Shown here piece by piece: positions 1-8,907 of a stretch of 64,000 bases of DNA (position 1 is the first letter of the stretch; each line of letters opens with the position of its first letter). Position numbers and translations under genes: made by a program. The notes under the pieces are model-generated. The model was given only the letters and a program-made list of their open reading frames with translations. It did not search any database and was not told the origin of the DNA. The DNA is from Eubacteriales bacterium (GTDB lineage Bacteria; Bacillota; Clostridia; Oscillospirales; CAG-272), in assembly GCA_045545665.1 (NCBI GenBank), contig JAZQBL010000025.1:2087-66086 (forward strand). The letters run 5' to 3'.

Positions 1-727
1 CCGTCTTAACGCTTGAGTTTGAAGATGCCTCACCCGTACCCGAGGAACGGATAACTCCGCTTCTGTTGTCCTGCTGGGGCTGTGCGGGCTTTTTCTTGTC
101 TGCGGGCTTATTGGCTTGCTGCTGTGCGGGTCTGTTCTGGAATTTATCAAGCTGTGACATACGCTGTTTATCGTATGCAGGCTTCTTCTGCTCGCTGTGT
201 GCGGGTCTGTTTTCTTTTTTGACCTCTTCTTTTTTGGGTTCTTCTTTTTTAGGTGCGGGTCTTTCTTCTTTTTTAACTTCCGCCGTCTTCGGTTTTTCTT
301 CCTTCACGGGTGCCTTTGCCGGTTCTTCCTTCTTGGATTCCTCCTTTTTGGGTTCTTCCTTTTTGGGAGCTTCCTTCTTAGGCTCTGCTTTCTTGGGTTC
401 TTCTTTTTTGATCTCTTCTTTTTTCGGCTCTGCCTTTTTAGGCTCTGCCTTCTTTTCTTCGGGCTTCTTTTCCTGCTTTTTAGCTTTTTTAACAGGGCGG
501 TCCGCCTCGGCAACGTCAGCATTTCCTGCAAGATATGCAGAAAGGTTGCTCACTTGATTTTCTTTTGTGAGAAGTTCCATTATGACGGAAAACTCATCGG
601 GTTCGAGCACCGTCATATGTGTCCTGCCTTCAAACCCGTTTGCTTTAAGCAGATTGATAATATCTGTGCTTTTCATATTCAGGTCTTTGGCAAGTGCACT
701 GATTCTGTATTTCTGATTTGCTATCAT
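1..727 (-). CDS. infB: Translation initiation factor IF-2, N-terminal part (runs off the window edge)
   Basis: ATG at 727 reads MIANQKYRISALAKDLNMKSTDIINLLK (IF2_N-like), then a K/E/P-rich linker; canonical position after nusA-ylxR-ylxQ. Confidence 0.9.
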   Translation of the reverse strand, partial: MIANQKYRISALAKDLNMKSTDIINLLKANGFEGRTHMTVLEPDEFSVIMELLTKENQVSNLSAYLAGNADVAEADRPVKKAKKQEKKPEEKKAEPKKAEPKKEEIKKEEPKKAEPKKEAPKKEEPKKEESKKEEPAKAPVKEEKPKTAEVKKEERPAPKKEEPKKEEVKKENRPAHSEQKKPAYDKQRMSQLDKFQNRPAQQQANKPADKKKPAQPQQDNRSGVIRSSGTGEASSNSSVKT

Positions 728-738
728 ACAATGACCTT

Positions 739-768
739 TAAAAACGACGTTACGGACCGTCGTTTTTT
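739..768 (-). terminator. Terminator-like hairpin between ylxQ and infB
   Basis: Minus strand AAAAACGACG-gtccgtaa-CGTCGTTTTT directly before the infB RBS. Confidence 0.45.
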
Positions 769-788
769 CCTTTCATTACGGTTAAATG

Positions 789-1133
789 TTATTCTTGATT
801 AAAATATTTTAAGATTGCCGAAGCAAGCTGTCCGTCCGATATTCCGACAACAGCCACGTCGGTATCCTTACCCGCCATTTTGCCGAGTGTCAGCGAATCG
901 ACCGACACCTTAACCAGCGGTACTTCGTAATACTTACAGCAGTTTTCAATACGGCTCTTTGTATTTTTTGACGCATCGGATGCACACACGGCAACAAGCG
1001 GAGATCTTCTTCCGCCCGATCTTATACTGTCCGTTGTGAGGTTACATCCTATCGTTATACGTCCTGATTTTTTGGCAAAGCCGACGTATGCGGTAAGCTT
1101 TTTGATGTCGTTTGAATTATTTTCGTTTTTCAC
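789..1133 (-). CDS. ylxQ: L7Ae/L30e-family RNA-binding protein YlxQ
   Basis: GFAKKSGRITIG, ASDASKNT and LGKMAGK motifs; operon position. Confidence 0.88.
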   Translation of the reverse strand: MKNENNSNDIKKLTAYVGFAKKSGRITIGCNLTTDSIRSGGRRSPLVAVCASDASKNTKSRIENCCKYYEVPLVKVSVDSLTLGKMAGKDTDVAVVGISDGQLASAILKYFNQE

Positions 1134-1420
1134 TTTTCGCCCTCTGAAGAATTACTTTCTTCAAGCTGTGATTCGAGTGCCGTGTATATCTCCTCGGAGA
1201 TCGTGCAATCGAGCGATCTTTCTATTCTGTGAGCTTTTTTTGCTTTTTTCAAGCAGGAAACGTCGTGGCATATATAAGCTCCTCTGCCTGACTTTTTACC
1301 CGTCAGATCGAGTGATATCTCCCCGTCCGGTGATCTTACCACTCTTATAAGCTCATTTTTGTTACGGCTTTCCATACAGCCCATACATTTTCTTTGCGGT
1401 ATTTTCTTAGGTGCTTTCAT
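1130..1420 (-). CDS. ylxR: YlxR/RnpM family RNA-binding protein
   Basis: PQRKCMGC, LIRVVR and GRGAYIC motifs; follows nusA. Confidence 0.93.
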   Translation of the reverse strand: MKAPKKIPQRKCMGCMESRNKNELIRVVRSPDGEISLDLTGKKSGRGAYICHDVSCLKKAKKAHRIERSLDCTISEEIYTALESQLEESNSSEGEK

Positions 1421-1421
1421 C

Positions 1422-2498
1422 TTATTCGGCTTTTATGTCTATCTTATAGCCCGTAAGTCTTGCCGCAAGGCGTGCGTTCTGTCCTTCCTTGCCTATTGCA
1501 AGTGAGAGCTGATCATGTGCTACGGTAACTCTTGCCGTTTTTTCTTCGTCGATGTATATTCCCTTTACGGTTGCCGGGGACAAAGCGGCGGATATATATT
1601 CTTCGGGAGTTTCGCTGTACTTGATTATATCGATCTTTTCGCCCTTAAGCTCATCGACGATACCGGATATTCTCGTACCCTTGTTACCGATACAAGCACC
1701 GATGGGATCTACGTTTTCGTCACGTGAATATACAGCCATCTTTGTTCTCGAACCTGCCTCACGGCTTATGTTCTTGATAATTACCGTACCGTCGGCAATT
1801 TCCGGGACTTCAAGCTCAAACAAACGCTTTACAAGACCGGGGTGAACACGGGATATCGTTACTATTCTGCCTCTTGCAGGCTTCTTTTCCTCAGCTCCCT
1901 CTTCGGGCTTGGGATCGTGATTTACTTCCGTTACGAAGACCTTTACGTGATCTCCTACCTTAAAGCTTTCACCGGGGATCTGTTCGTTTTTGATAAGAGA
2001 TACTTCGCTCGTGCCCGTGTTTACGATAACGGAACCGGAAGAAAGATCCGTTGCTACGACTGTCGCCGTCATGATCTCTTCTTTTTTGTTCTCGTATTCC
2101 TTTATGAGCATACCTCTTTCGGCTTCTCTTATACCCTGAATGATGACCTGCTTTGCTATCTGGGCACTCGTTCTGCTGAATTCCTTTGTTTTTATCTCTA
2201 TTTCAACTACCGTGCCGAGCTTATGTCTTTTGCTGAGCTTCTTGGCATCTTCAAGAGAAATTTCCGTATTTTCATCCGTAACCTCTTCAACTACGTCAAG
2301 AACTCTGTAAAGACGGCACTCTTTCGTCTGCGGATCGAGCACGACCTTTACGTTTGTACTGTTTGAATATGCTTTTTTGTATGCGCTTACAAGTGCCGCA
2401 GACAGTCTTTCAAGCATATAATCCTTCGGTATTCCTCTTTCCTTCTGAAGATCGTCGAGCGCATCGAACAGCGCCGCATTCTCTTTTGCCTTCGCCAT
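1422..2498 (-). CDS. nusA: Transcription termination factor NusA
   Basis: SAQIAKQVIIQ, REAGSRTK, GACIG and AIGKEGQNARLAARLTG (S1 + KH domains). Confidence 0.97.
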   Translation of the reverse strand: MAKAKENAALFDALDDLQKERGIPKDYMLERLSAALVSAYKKAYSNSTNVKVVLDPQTKECRLYRVLDVVEEVTDENTEISLEDAKKLSKRHKLGTVVEIEIKTKEFSRTSAQIAKQVIIQGIREAERGMLIKEYENKKEEIMTATVVATDLSSGSVIVNTGTSEVSLIKNEQIPGESFKVGDHVKVFVTEVNHDPKPEEGAEEKKPARGRIVTISRVHPGLVKRLFELEVPEIADGTVIIKNISREAGSRTKMAVYSRDENVDPIGACIGNKGTRISGIVDELKGEKIDIIKYSETPEEYISAALSPATVKGIYIDEEKTARVTVAHDQLSLAIGKEGQNARLAARLTGYKIDIKAE

Positions 2499-2525
2499 TT
2501 TTTTCCGTTTTCCTCCTGAATAATT

Positions 2526-2996
2526 TTATATGTTGGTAAAATCAAAGTAAATGTTTGCTTTTGCTATTTCAACTGCAGGTATCTCTATCGTCTTTCCCGC
2601 ACAGTCGATGACTGCCGTATCGCCGTATCTTACAAGCGTTCCGACGAACGTTTTTTGTCCTTCAAGCGGTTTGTAGAGCTTTATCTGCACCGTCTGCCCT
2701 ATGCAAACGTCGAAGTGCCAATTATATTTAAGCTCTCTTTCTATGCCGGGGGATGATACTTCAAGTGTATACGTATCCTCTATCGGGTCTGCTTCTTCGA
2801 TGAGAAGATCAACTGCTCTGTGGAATTTTTCGCAGTCCTCTATTCCCACGCCGCCTTCCTTGTCGATGGTGAAGCGCAGTATCATCTTTCCGCCTTCTTT
2901 GACGTATTCTATATCCCAGATGATATAACCGAGCTCCTCTGCCAGAGGCGTTGCAAATTCCGTAACCGTTTGAATAACGCTTTTTTTGCTTTTCAT
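2526..2996 (-). CDS. rimP: Ribosome maturation factor RimP
   Basis: IEDCEKF and YTLEVSSPGIER motifs; first gene of the nusA operon. Confidence 0.96.
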   Translation of the reverse strand: MKSKKSVIQTVTEFATPLAEELGYIIWDIEYVKEGGKMILRFTIDKEGGVGIEDCEKFHRAVDLLIEEADPIEDTYTLEVSSPGIERELKYNWHFDVCIGQTVQIKLYKPLEGQKTFVGTLVRYGDTAVIDCAGKTIEIPAVEIAKANIYFDFTNI

Positions 2997-3037
2997 AGGC
3001 TTCCTTTCAAATGTTCAGACTGCAGTCGCAGTCTTTA

Positions 3038-3072
3038 TAAAAAGTTCAGAGGTGCTGTTGTCCAGCACCTCC
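3038..3072 (-). terminator. Attenuator-like hairpin in the rimP leader
   Basis: Minus strand GAGGTGCTG-gacaa-CAGCACCTC then tgaacTTTTT, between the promoter and rimP. Confidence 0.5.
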
Positions 3073-3089
3073 GTTCTCAATTCCTGCGT

Positions 3090-3118
3090 ATTATATCATA
3101 TTCGGAATAATTTGTCAA
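3090..3118 (-). promoter_or_regulatory. Sigma-A promoter of the rimP-nusA-infB operon
   Basis: TTGACA-17 nt-TATAAT with an extended -10 TG. Confidence 0.75.
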
Positions 3119-3220
3119 TAGGTAATTAAAAAATATTTCCGCTTTTCTCTCTTTGCTATTGATTTTTTGCATAATATAATGTATAATCAAGAAACTATCA
3201 AATAAAAAGTGAGTGATATT

Positions 3221-3691
3221 ATGTTGAAAGTAATGTTTGTTTGCTACGGTAATATATGCCGTTCACCCACAGCGGAATTTGTTTTTAAAGCTCTTGTAAA
3301 AGAAAAGAAGCTTGATGATAAGATATACGTATCTTCCTCGGCAACGTCCTCCGAGGAGCTTGGCAATCCCGTGTACCCCCCTTCAAAAGAGGAAATGAAG
3401 CGTCACGGAATAGACTGCACCGGGAAATGCGCCGTGAAGCTCAGATCATCAGACTATGAACAGTACGATATGTTTGTCGGAATGGACGATATGAACATAC
3501 GTGCAATGATGCGTATATTAAACGGCGATCCCGACGGCAAGATACACAAGCTTATGGACTTTACCCCCGAAGGCGGTGAAGTCAGCGATCCTTGGTACAC
3601 AAGACGTTTTGACAAAGCGTACGAGGATATAGACCGCGGCTGCCTGGGTCTTCTCGAATACATAAAAGAAAACGGTCTTTTGGAGGTATGA
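3221..3691 (+). CDS. Low molecular weight protein-tyrosine phosphatase
   Basis: FVCYGNICRSP P-loop and DPWY motif; alternative GTG start at 3209. Confidence 0.93.
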   Translation: MLKVMFVCYGNICRSPTAEFVFKALVKEKKLDDKIYVSSSATSSEELGNPVYPPSKEEMKRHGIDCTGKCAVKLRSSDYEQYDMFVGMDDMNIRAMMRILNGDPDGKIHKLMDFTPEGGEVSDPWYTRRFDKAYEDIDRGCLGLLEYIKENGLLEV

Positions 3692-3693
3692 AT

Positions 3694-4239
3694 ATGAAAT
3701 TTTTAATCGCTTCTGACATCCACGGCTCATATACTTATTGCAAAGCTCTTATCGAGGCTTATAAAAGAGAAAACGCCGACCGTCTTTTGCTTTTGGGCGA
3801 TATCCTTTATCACGGTCCGAGAAACGATCTGCCCGAAGGCTATGCGCCTAAGGAAGTTATTACCCTTTTGAACGAATACAAAAACGAGATATTATGTGTC
3901 AGAGGAAACTGCGACACGGAAGTCGATCAGATGGTGCTTTCGTTCCCTATTTTGGCTGACTATGCGGTTATTCCGACAGAAAGTGCTATAATTTACGCAA
4001 CGCACGGGCACAATTACAACAGCGATAAGCTTCCGCCGCTTAAAGCGGGCGACATTCTTCTTCACGGACACACACACGTGCCGTGCGTAAAAGAATACGA
4101 AACGCACACGTATATAAACCCCGGTTCCGTTTCGATACCGAAGGAAGAAAGTCCGCACAGCTATATACTGTTCGACGGCAAGACCTTTGTTTTCAAAGAT
4201 CTTGATTCAAAGCCGTATATGGAATATTCGCTTAAATAA
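3694..4239 (+). CDS. yfcE: Metallophosphoesterase, YfcE family
   Basis: ASDIHG, LGDILYHGPRN, RGNCD, GHTH and NPGSVSIPK; GGAGG RBS 6-7 nt before the ATG at 3694. Confidence 0.9.
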   Translation: MKFLIASDIHGSYTYCKALIEAYKRENADRLLLLGDILYHGPRNDLPEGYAPKEVITLLNEYKNEILCVRGNCDTEVDQMVLSFPILADYAVIPTESAIIYATHGHNYNSDKLPPLKAGDILLHGHTHVPCVKEYETHTYINPGSVSIPKEESPHSYILFDGKTFVFKDLDSKPYMEYSLK

Positions 4240-4307
4240 GATCCGGTGTATTAAAAACCGTGTTGTGGATATAATCCTTTTGCAGATAAAATACAGGAGG
4301 ATATGAT

Positions 4308-5525
4308 ATGACACGTTTTACTGTGCCGAGAGATATTTATTTCGGCAAAGATTCAATGAAAGCACTCGAAAAGCTTGACGGCAAAAAGGCTATGGTCTGC
4401 ACGGGCGGCTCATCAATGAAGAAATTCGGATTTTTAGACAAGGCGATCGGGTATTTGCAAAATGCCGGGATGACCGTTAAGGTTTTTGACGGAATAGAGC
4501 CTGATCCGTCCGTCGATACCGTTCTGAAAGGAGCAGAGGAAATGCTTGCATTTTCACCCGACTGGATCGTTGCAATAGGCGGCGGCTCACCGATAGACGC
4601 CGCAAAGGCAATGTGGATAAAATACGAATATCCCGATATACGTTTTGAAGATATGTGCCGTGTGTTTGAGCTGCCTGAATTGCGAAAAAAAGCGAGATTC
4701 TGTGCCGTTTCATCGACCTCGGGTTCCGCTACCGAAGTTACAGCCTTTGCAGTAATAACGGATTATAAAAAAGGTATAAAATATCCGATAGCCGATTATG
4801 AAATAACGCCCGACGTCGCCATTGTCGATCCGTCGCTTGCCGAAACTATGCCCGAAAAGCTGACAGCGCACACGGGGATGGATGCAATGACGCACGCTAT
4901 AGAAGCTTACGTTTCGACAAATGCAAATCATTTTACAGATCCGCTTGCACTCAGTGCCATAAAAATTGCCGCAGAAGATCTTATCGGATCATATAAAAAA
5001 GATATGAAAAAGCGTGAAAATATGCACTACGCTCAGTGTCTTGCAGGCATGGCATTTACGAACGCCCTGCTCGGAATAGTTCACTCAATGGCTCACAAAA
5101 CAGGTGCGGCATTTGCCGACTGCGGTTCGCACATAATACACGGCTGTGCAAACGCAATATATCTGCCTAAAGTCATAGAATTCAACTCAAAGGATGAGCG
5201 GGCAAAGAAAAGATACTGCGAAATATCGGACTGTCTTTGTCTCGGCGGAGATTCCGAATGTGAAAAAGTCCAACGTCTCATAGGATATATTGAAAATATG
5301 AACCGCTCGCTCGGTATTCCCGACTGCATAAAAAACTGCGGTGAAAACGGTAGTATACAAAAAGGCGGATTCATACCCGAGGACACATTTTTAAAACGTT
5401 TGCCCGCAATAGCAAACGAAGTATTAAACGATCCGTGTACTCTGTCAAACCCCAGAAAAATAACGAAGGAGCAGGCAGAAAAACTCCTTTCGTGCTGTTA
5501 TTACGGTACGCCTGTCGATTTTTAA
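4308..5525 (+). CDS. Iron-containing alcohol dehydrogenase (butanol dehydrogenase-like)
   Basis: GGGSPIDAAK, TSGSATEVT, GMDAMTHAIE and HSMAHK...HG Fe-ADH motifs. Confidence 0.93.
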   Translation: MTRFTVPRDIYFGKDSMKALEKLDGKKAMVCTGGSSMKKFGFLDKAIGYLQNAGMTVKVFDGIEPDPSVDTVLKGAEEMLAFSPDWIVAIGGGSPIDAAKAMWIKYEYPDIRFEDMCRVFELPELRKKARFCAVSSTSGSATEVTAFAVITDYKKGIKYPIADYEITPDVAIVDPSLAETMPEKLTAHTGMDAMTHAIEAYVSTNANHFTDPLALSAIKIAAEDLIGSYKKDMKKRENMHYAQCLAGMAFTNALLGIVHSMAHKTGAAFADCGSHIIHGCANAIYLPKVIEFNSKDERAKKRYCEISDCLCLGGDSECEKVQRLIGYIENMNRSLGIPDCIKNCGENGSIQKGGFIPEDTFLKRLPAIANEVLNDPCTLSNPRKITKEQAEKLLSCCYYGTPVDF

Positions 5526-5540
5526 ACCGCTTCGCATCAA

Positions 5541-5668
5541 GCTTCGGCATTTGATGTTCGTTTGCAGGGCGCACAAAGCTCTTTGGAGCTTTTATAAAAA
5601 TTGCCGTGCAATTTTTGAACTGCCTCGGCAGTTCAGTGCGCCCGAAAGCATGCCCCATTTGCCGAAGC
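5541..5668. repeat. Nested palindromic (four-way junction) intergenic element, REP/MITE-like
   Basis: Outer stem GCTTCGGCA/TGCCGAAGC and inner stem GGGCGCAC/GTGCGCCC enclosing three perfect hairpins. Confidence 0.6.
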
Positions 5669-5725
5669 ATACCACAGGCGTCCGCATGAACAAATACACT
5701 TACACTCAACTGATTCGGAGAACGT

Positions 5726-6574
5726 ATGTACAAGATACTCAGAAAGAAAAAACTAAATGATACCGTTACACAAATGGATATTCTCGCACCGCTTGTTGCG
5801 AAAAAAGCAAAGCCGGGGCAATTTATTATTTTGAGAGTTTCCGATATCGGTGAGCGTATTCCTCTGACCGTAGCAAAAACAGATGCTCTCGAAGGAAGCG
5901 TCAGAATAATTTTCAGTGCTGTCGGTGCAACAACAAAACAGCTTGCAGAAAAAAGCGAAAACGAATACATCAGTGACTTTGCAGGACCTTTGGGATGTCC
6001 TACGCACATCGAAGGCATAAAAAAAGCCTGCATAATAGGCGGCGGTGTCGGATGCGCTATTGCTCTGCCTATTGCCGAGGCGCTTCATGAAAAGGGAGCT
6101 GAAGTTGAAGGTATAATAGGCTTCAGAAGCAAAGATCTTGTGATTTTGGAAGATGATTTTTCAAAATACTGCGGTCGTCTTACTGTTATGACCGACGACG
6201 GTTCGTACGGAGAAAAAGGAAACGTTACCATACCTTTGAAAGAGCTTCTTGAAAAGGGCGAGCGTTTCGACATGATCTTTGCAATAGGACCTCTCGTTAT
6301 GATGAAATACGTCGTCAAAACAGCAGAACCCTTCGGAGTTCCCGTAACGGTATCCATGAATCCTATAATGATAGACGGCACAGGAATGTGCGGCGGATGC
6401 CGTCTTACGCTTAACAGAAACGGTGAAAAAATAACAAAATTCGCCTGCGTTGACGGTCCCGATTTCAACGGATACGAAATAGATTTCGACGAGGCTGTAT
6501 CAAGAGGAAATATGTACTCCGATTTTGAACGTCACGCATACGAAAAGACGTGCAATCTTTTCAGGGAAAGCTGA
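5726..6574 (+). CDS. nfnA: Electron-bifurcating transhydrogenase small subunit NfnA
   Basis: GERIPLT, GGGVG and MIDGTGMCGGCR...CVDGPDF ([2Fe-2S]); adjacent to a GltD-like gene. Confidence 0.88.
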   Translation: MYKILRKKKLNDTVTQMDILAPLVAKKAKPGQFIILRVSDIGERIPLTVAKTDALEGSVRIIFSAVGATTKQLAEKSENEYISDFAGPLGCPTHIEGIKKACIIGGGVGCAIALPIAEALHEKGAEVEGIIGFRSKDLVILEDDFSKYCGRLTVMTDDGSYGEKGNVTIPLKELLEKGERFDMIFAIGPLVMMKYVVKTAEPFGVPVTVSMNPIMIDGTGMCGGCRLTLNRNGEKITKFACVDGPDFNGYEIDFDEAVSRGNMYSDFERHAYEKTCNLFRES

Positions 6575-6582
6575 GGTTTATT

Positions 6583-8004
6583 ATGCCAATAGATCCGAAA
6601 AAGAACGAAATGCCCACCCAATCACCCGAAGAACGTGTGCACAATTTTGACGAGGTTGCTTTGGGATACACGTATGAGCTTGCTTTAAAAGAGGCGTCCC
6701 GATGCCTTAACTGCAAAAACAAGCCCTGCGTTTCCGGGTGTCCGGTCAACGTCGATATTCCGAATTTTATAAACTGTATCAAGCAAAACGACCTTGAGGG
6801 AGCTTACCGCTGTATTGCCGAGTCTTCTTCTCTGCCCGCCGTATGCGGAAGAGTTTGTCCGCAGGAGCATCAATGCGAAAAGGTCTGCACGCTCGGTAAA
6901 AAATTCGAGCCTGTTGCAATAGGCAGACTTGAGCGATTCGTTGCCGATGAGCATATAAAGAACAGCACGGAGCTTCCGAAAAAAGCACCGTCAAACGGGA
7001 TAAAGACCGCCGTTATCGGATCTGGACCCGCGGGTCTTTCGTGTGCAGGGGATCTTGTCAAGCTCGGTTACGACGTGACGGTATACGAAGCACTTCACAC
7101 ACCCGGCGGCGTTCTTGTATACGGTATTCCCGAATTCCGCTTACCGAAGTCAATAGTTGAAAACGAGATAGAAACGCTGAAAAAGCTCGGCGTTAAAATA
7201 GAAACGAATGTAATAATCGGAAAAACGCTTACGGTAGATGAGCTGTTTGAAATGGGTTTTTCGGCTGTATTTATCGGTTCCGGCGCAGGACTTCCGAATT
7301 TTATGAACATTCCGGGCGAAAGCCTCAAAGGGGTATACTCGGCAAATGAATTTTTAACGAGAACCAACCTGATGAAGGCGTATCTTCCGTCATCCGAAAC
7401 GCCTGTAATGAAAGGCGGATATGTGACAGTCATAGGCGGCGGAAACGTGGCTATGGACTGTGCAAGAACGGCATTGAGGCTCGGAGCTGACAAAGTACGC
7501 ATCGTTTACAGACGTTCCATGGAAGAGCTTCCGGCAAGACGAGAAGAAGTCGAACACGCAATTGACGAAGGGGTTGAATTTCACCTTCTTACAAATCCTT
7601 TGGAATTTATTCCGTACGAAAACAAGGATGATCCCAAAGACCGAAAAAACGGCTCTGTAAAAGCGGTAAGCTGTATAAAAACCGAACTCGGCGAACCCGA
7701 TGAAAAAGGAAGACGCCGTCCGACACCGATAAAAGGCTCGGAGTTTACACTGAATACCGACACTGTAATAATCGCCGTAGGCACGTCCCCAAACCCGCTT
7801 ATTAAAAATACTACCGAAAACCTTTCGGTAAATTCAAGGGGCGGTATCATTGTAACAGAGGACGGTCTTACTTCAAGAGAAGGCGTATATGCAGGCGGAG
7901 ATGCGGTTACGGGTGCCGCAACGGTCATTTCCGCAATGGGCGCAGGAAAGATAGCAGCAGCTTCCATAGATAATTATTTAAAGAGTATGCAAGAAAAGAA
8001 ATGA
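6583..8004 (+). CDS. nfnB: NfnB / GltD-like NADPH-dependent flavoprotein large subunit
   Basis: RCLNCKNKPCVSGCP, CGRVCPQEHQCE, GSGPAG, GGGNVAMD and AGGDAVTG. Confidence 0.88.
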   Translation: MPIDPKKNEMPTQSPEERVHNFDEVALGYTYELALKEASRCLNCKNKPCVSGCPVNVDIPNFINCIKQNDLEGAYRCIAESSSLPAVCGRVCPQEHQCEKVCTLGKKFEPVAIGRLERFVADEHIKNSTELPKKAPSNGIKTAVIGSGPAGLSCAGDLVKLGYDVTVYEALHTPGGVLVYGIPEFRLPKSIVENEIETLKKLGVKIETNVIIGKTLTVDELFEMGFSAVFIGSGAGLPNFMNIPGESLKGVYSANEFLTRTNLMKAYLPSSETPVMKGGYVTVIGGGNVAMDCARTALRLGADKVRIVYRRSMEELPARREEVEHAIDEGVEFHLLTNPLEFIPYENKDDPKDRKNGSVKAVSCIKTELGEPDEKGRRRPTPIKGSEFTLNTDTVIIAVGTSPNPLIKNTTENLSVNSRGGIIVTEDGLTSREGVYAGGDAVTGAATVISAMGAGKIAAASIDNYLKSMQEKK

Positions 8005-8834
8005 GGAAACGTATGAAGCTTTTTATATATCCGAATTTATCGAAGGAAAGATATATCGTCTCGTCTTTGAAATGTATAACTTCGCTTACAGATAACGGCT
8101 TTGAATGTTATTTTTCAAAAGAAGACAGTCTGACTCTTTTCAAAAAAGAATATAACGTAAGCTCACCTGCCGACTGTGATATCGTCGTGTCCGTCGGCGG
8201 TGACGGAACGGTTCTTTCTGCTTCAAAGACGGCTTTTGAATTTGACAAACCCCTTATGGGTATAAACGGAGGAAGGCTCGGGTATCTCTGCGCTTATGAG
8301 CTTGGTGAAATACAGTCGATAACCGAAAATGATATTTTATCACTTTGCCGCTCATCAAGAAGCGCCGTGTCCTTTTCGGACGGTAAAGACACATTCAAGG
8401 CATTGAACGATATCGTAATAGCTAAAGACAATTACGGCTCGGTAATAAAAACGGATGTATTTTGTGAAGGCAAAAAGCTTATGTCTTTCAGAGGTGACGG
8501 AGTTATTATCTCAACTCCAACGGGATCGACTTCGTATAACTTTTCCGCAGGCGGACCGATACTTTCCCCCGACAGCAAATGCTTTGCCGTAACTCCCATA
8601 TGTCCGCATTTGTCCGATGCAAGAACGCTCGTCGTGCCAGATACATACTCTCTTGAGATCACGGTATCCGAAAACGCTCAAAACAAAGCGTTCATTTACT
8701 GTGACGGCATAGTATGCGGAGAGCTTTGCACATCGGTAAAAATAGAAAAATATCCGAAAGAACTCACGTTACTCGTAAAAGACTCCTGCAGTGTCGTCAA
8801 CAGTGAAAAGCTTCACAAAACCTCTTTAATATGA
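8001..8834 (+). CDS. nadK: NAD(+) kinase
   Basis: GGDGT, GRLGYL, LND and TPTGSTSYNFSAGGP. Confidence 0.92.
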   Translation: MRKRMKLFIYPNLSKERYIVSSLKCITSLTDNGFECYFSKEDSLTLFKKEYNVSSPADCDIVVSVGGDGTVLSASKTAFEFDKPLMGINGGRLGYLCAYELGEIQSITENDILSLCRSSRSAVSFSDGKDTFKALNDIVIAKDNYGSVIKTDVFCEGKKLMSFRGDGVIISTPTGSTSYNFSAGGPILSPDSKCFAVTPICPHLSDARTLVVPDTYSLEITVSENAQNKAFIYCDGIVCGELCTSVKIEKYPKELTLLVKDSCSVVNSEKLHKTSLI

Positions 8835-8840
8835 TAAAAC

Positions 8841-8881
8841 AAAATCCTTCGAATATGCAAAAAACATATCGAAGGATTTTT
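8841..8881. terminator. Bidirectional intrinsic terminator
   Basis: AAAATCCTTCGA...TCGAAGGATTTT between convergent genes. Confidence 0.65.
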
Positions 8882-8907
8882 GTTATAATATCATTATGAC
8901 GGTGATT

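Noticed and set aside
66-802. Long Phe/Ser-rich + strand ORFs (66..557, 197..802) and minus ORF 304..531
   Set aside because: Antisense or off-frame shadows of the repetitive infB linker
5567-5643. tRNA gene
   Set aside because: Cloverleaf-like, but no T-loop GTTCRA, no D-loop GG, no 7-nt anticodon loop and no CCA
5371-6033. 220-aa minus ORF across adh/nfnA
   Set aside because: Overlaps two well-supported + strand genes
6583-8004. Glutamate synthase small subunit
   Set aside because: No gltB adjacent; pairing with nfnA indicates NfnAB
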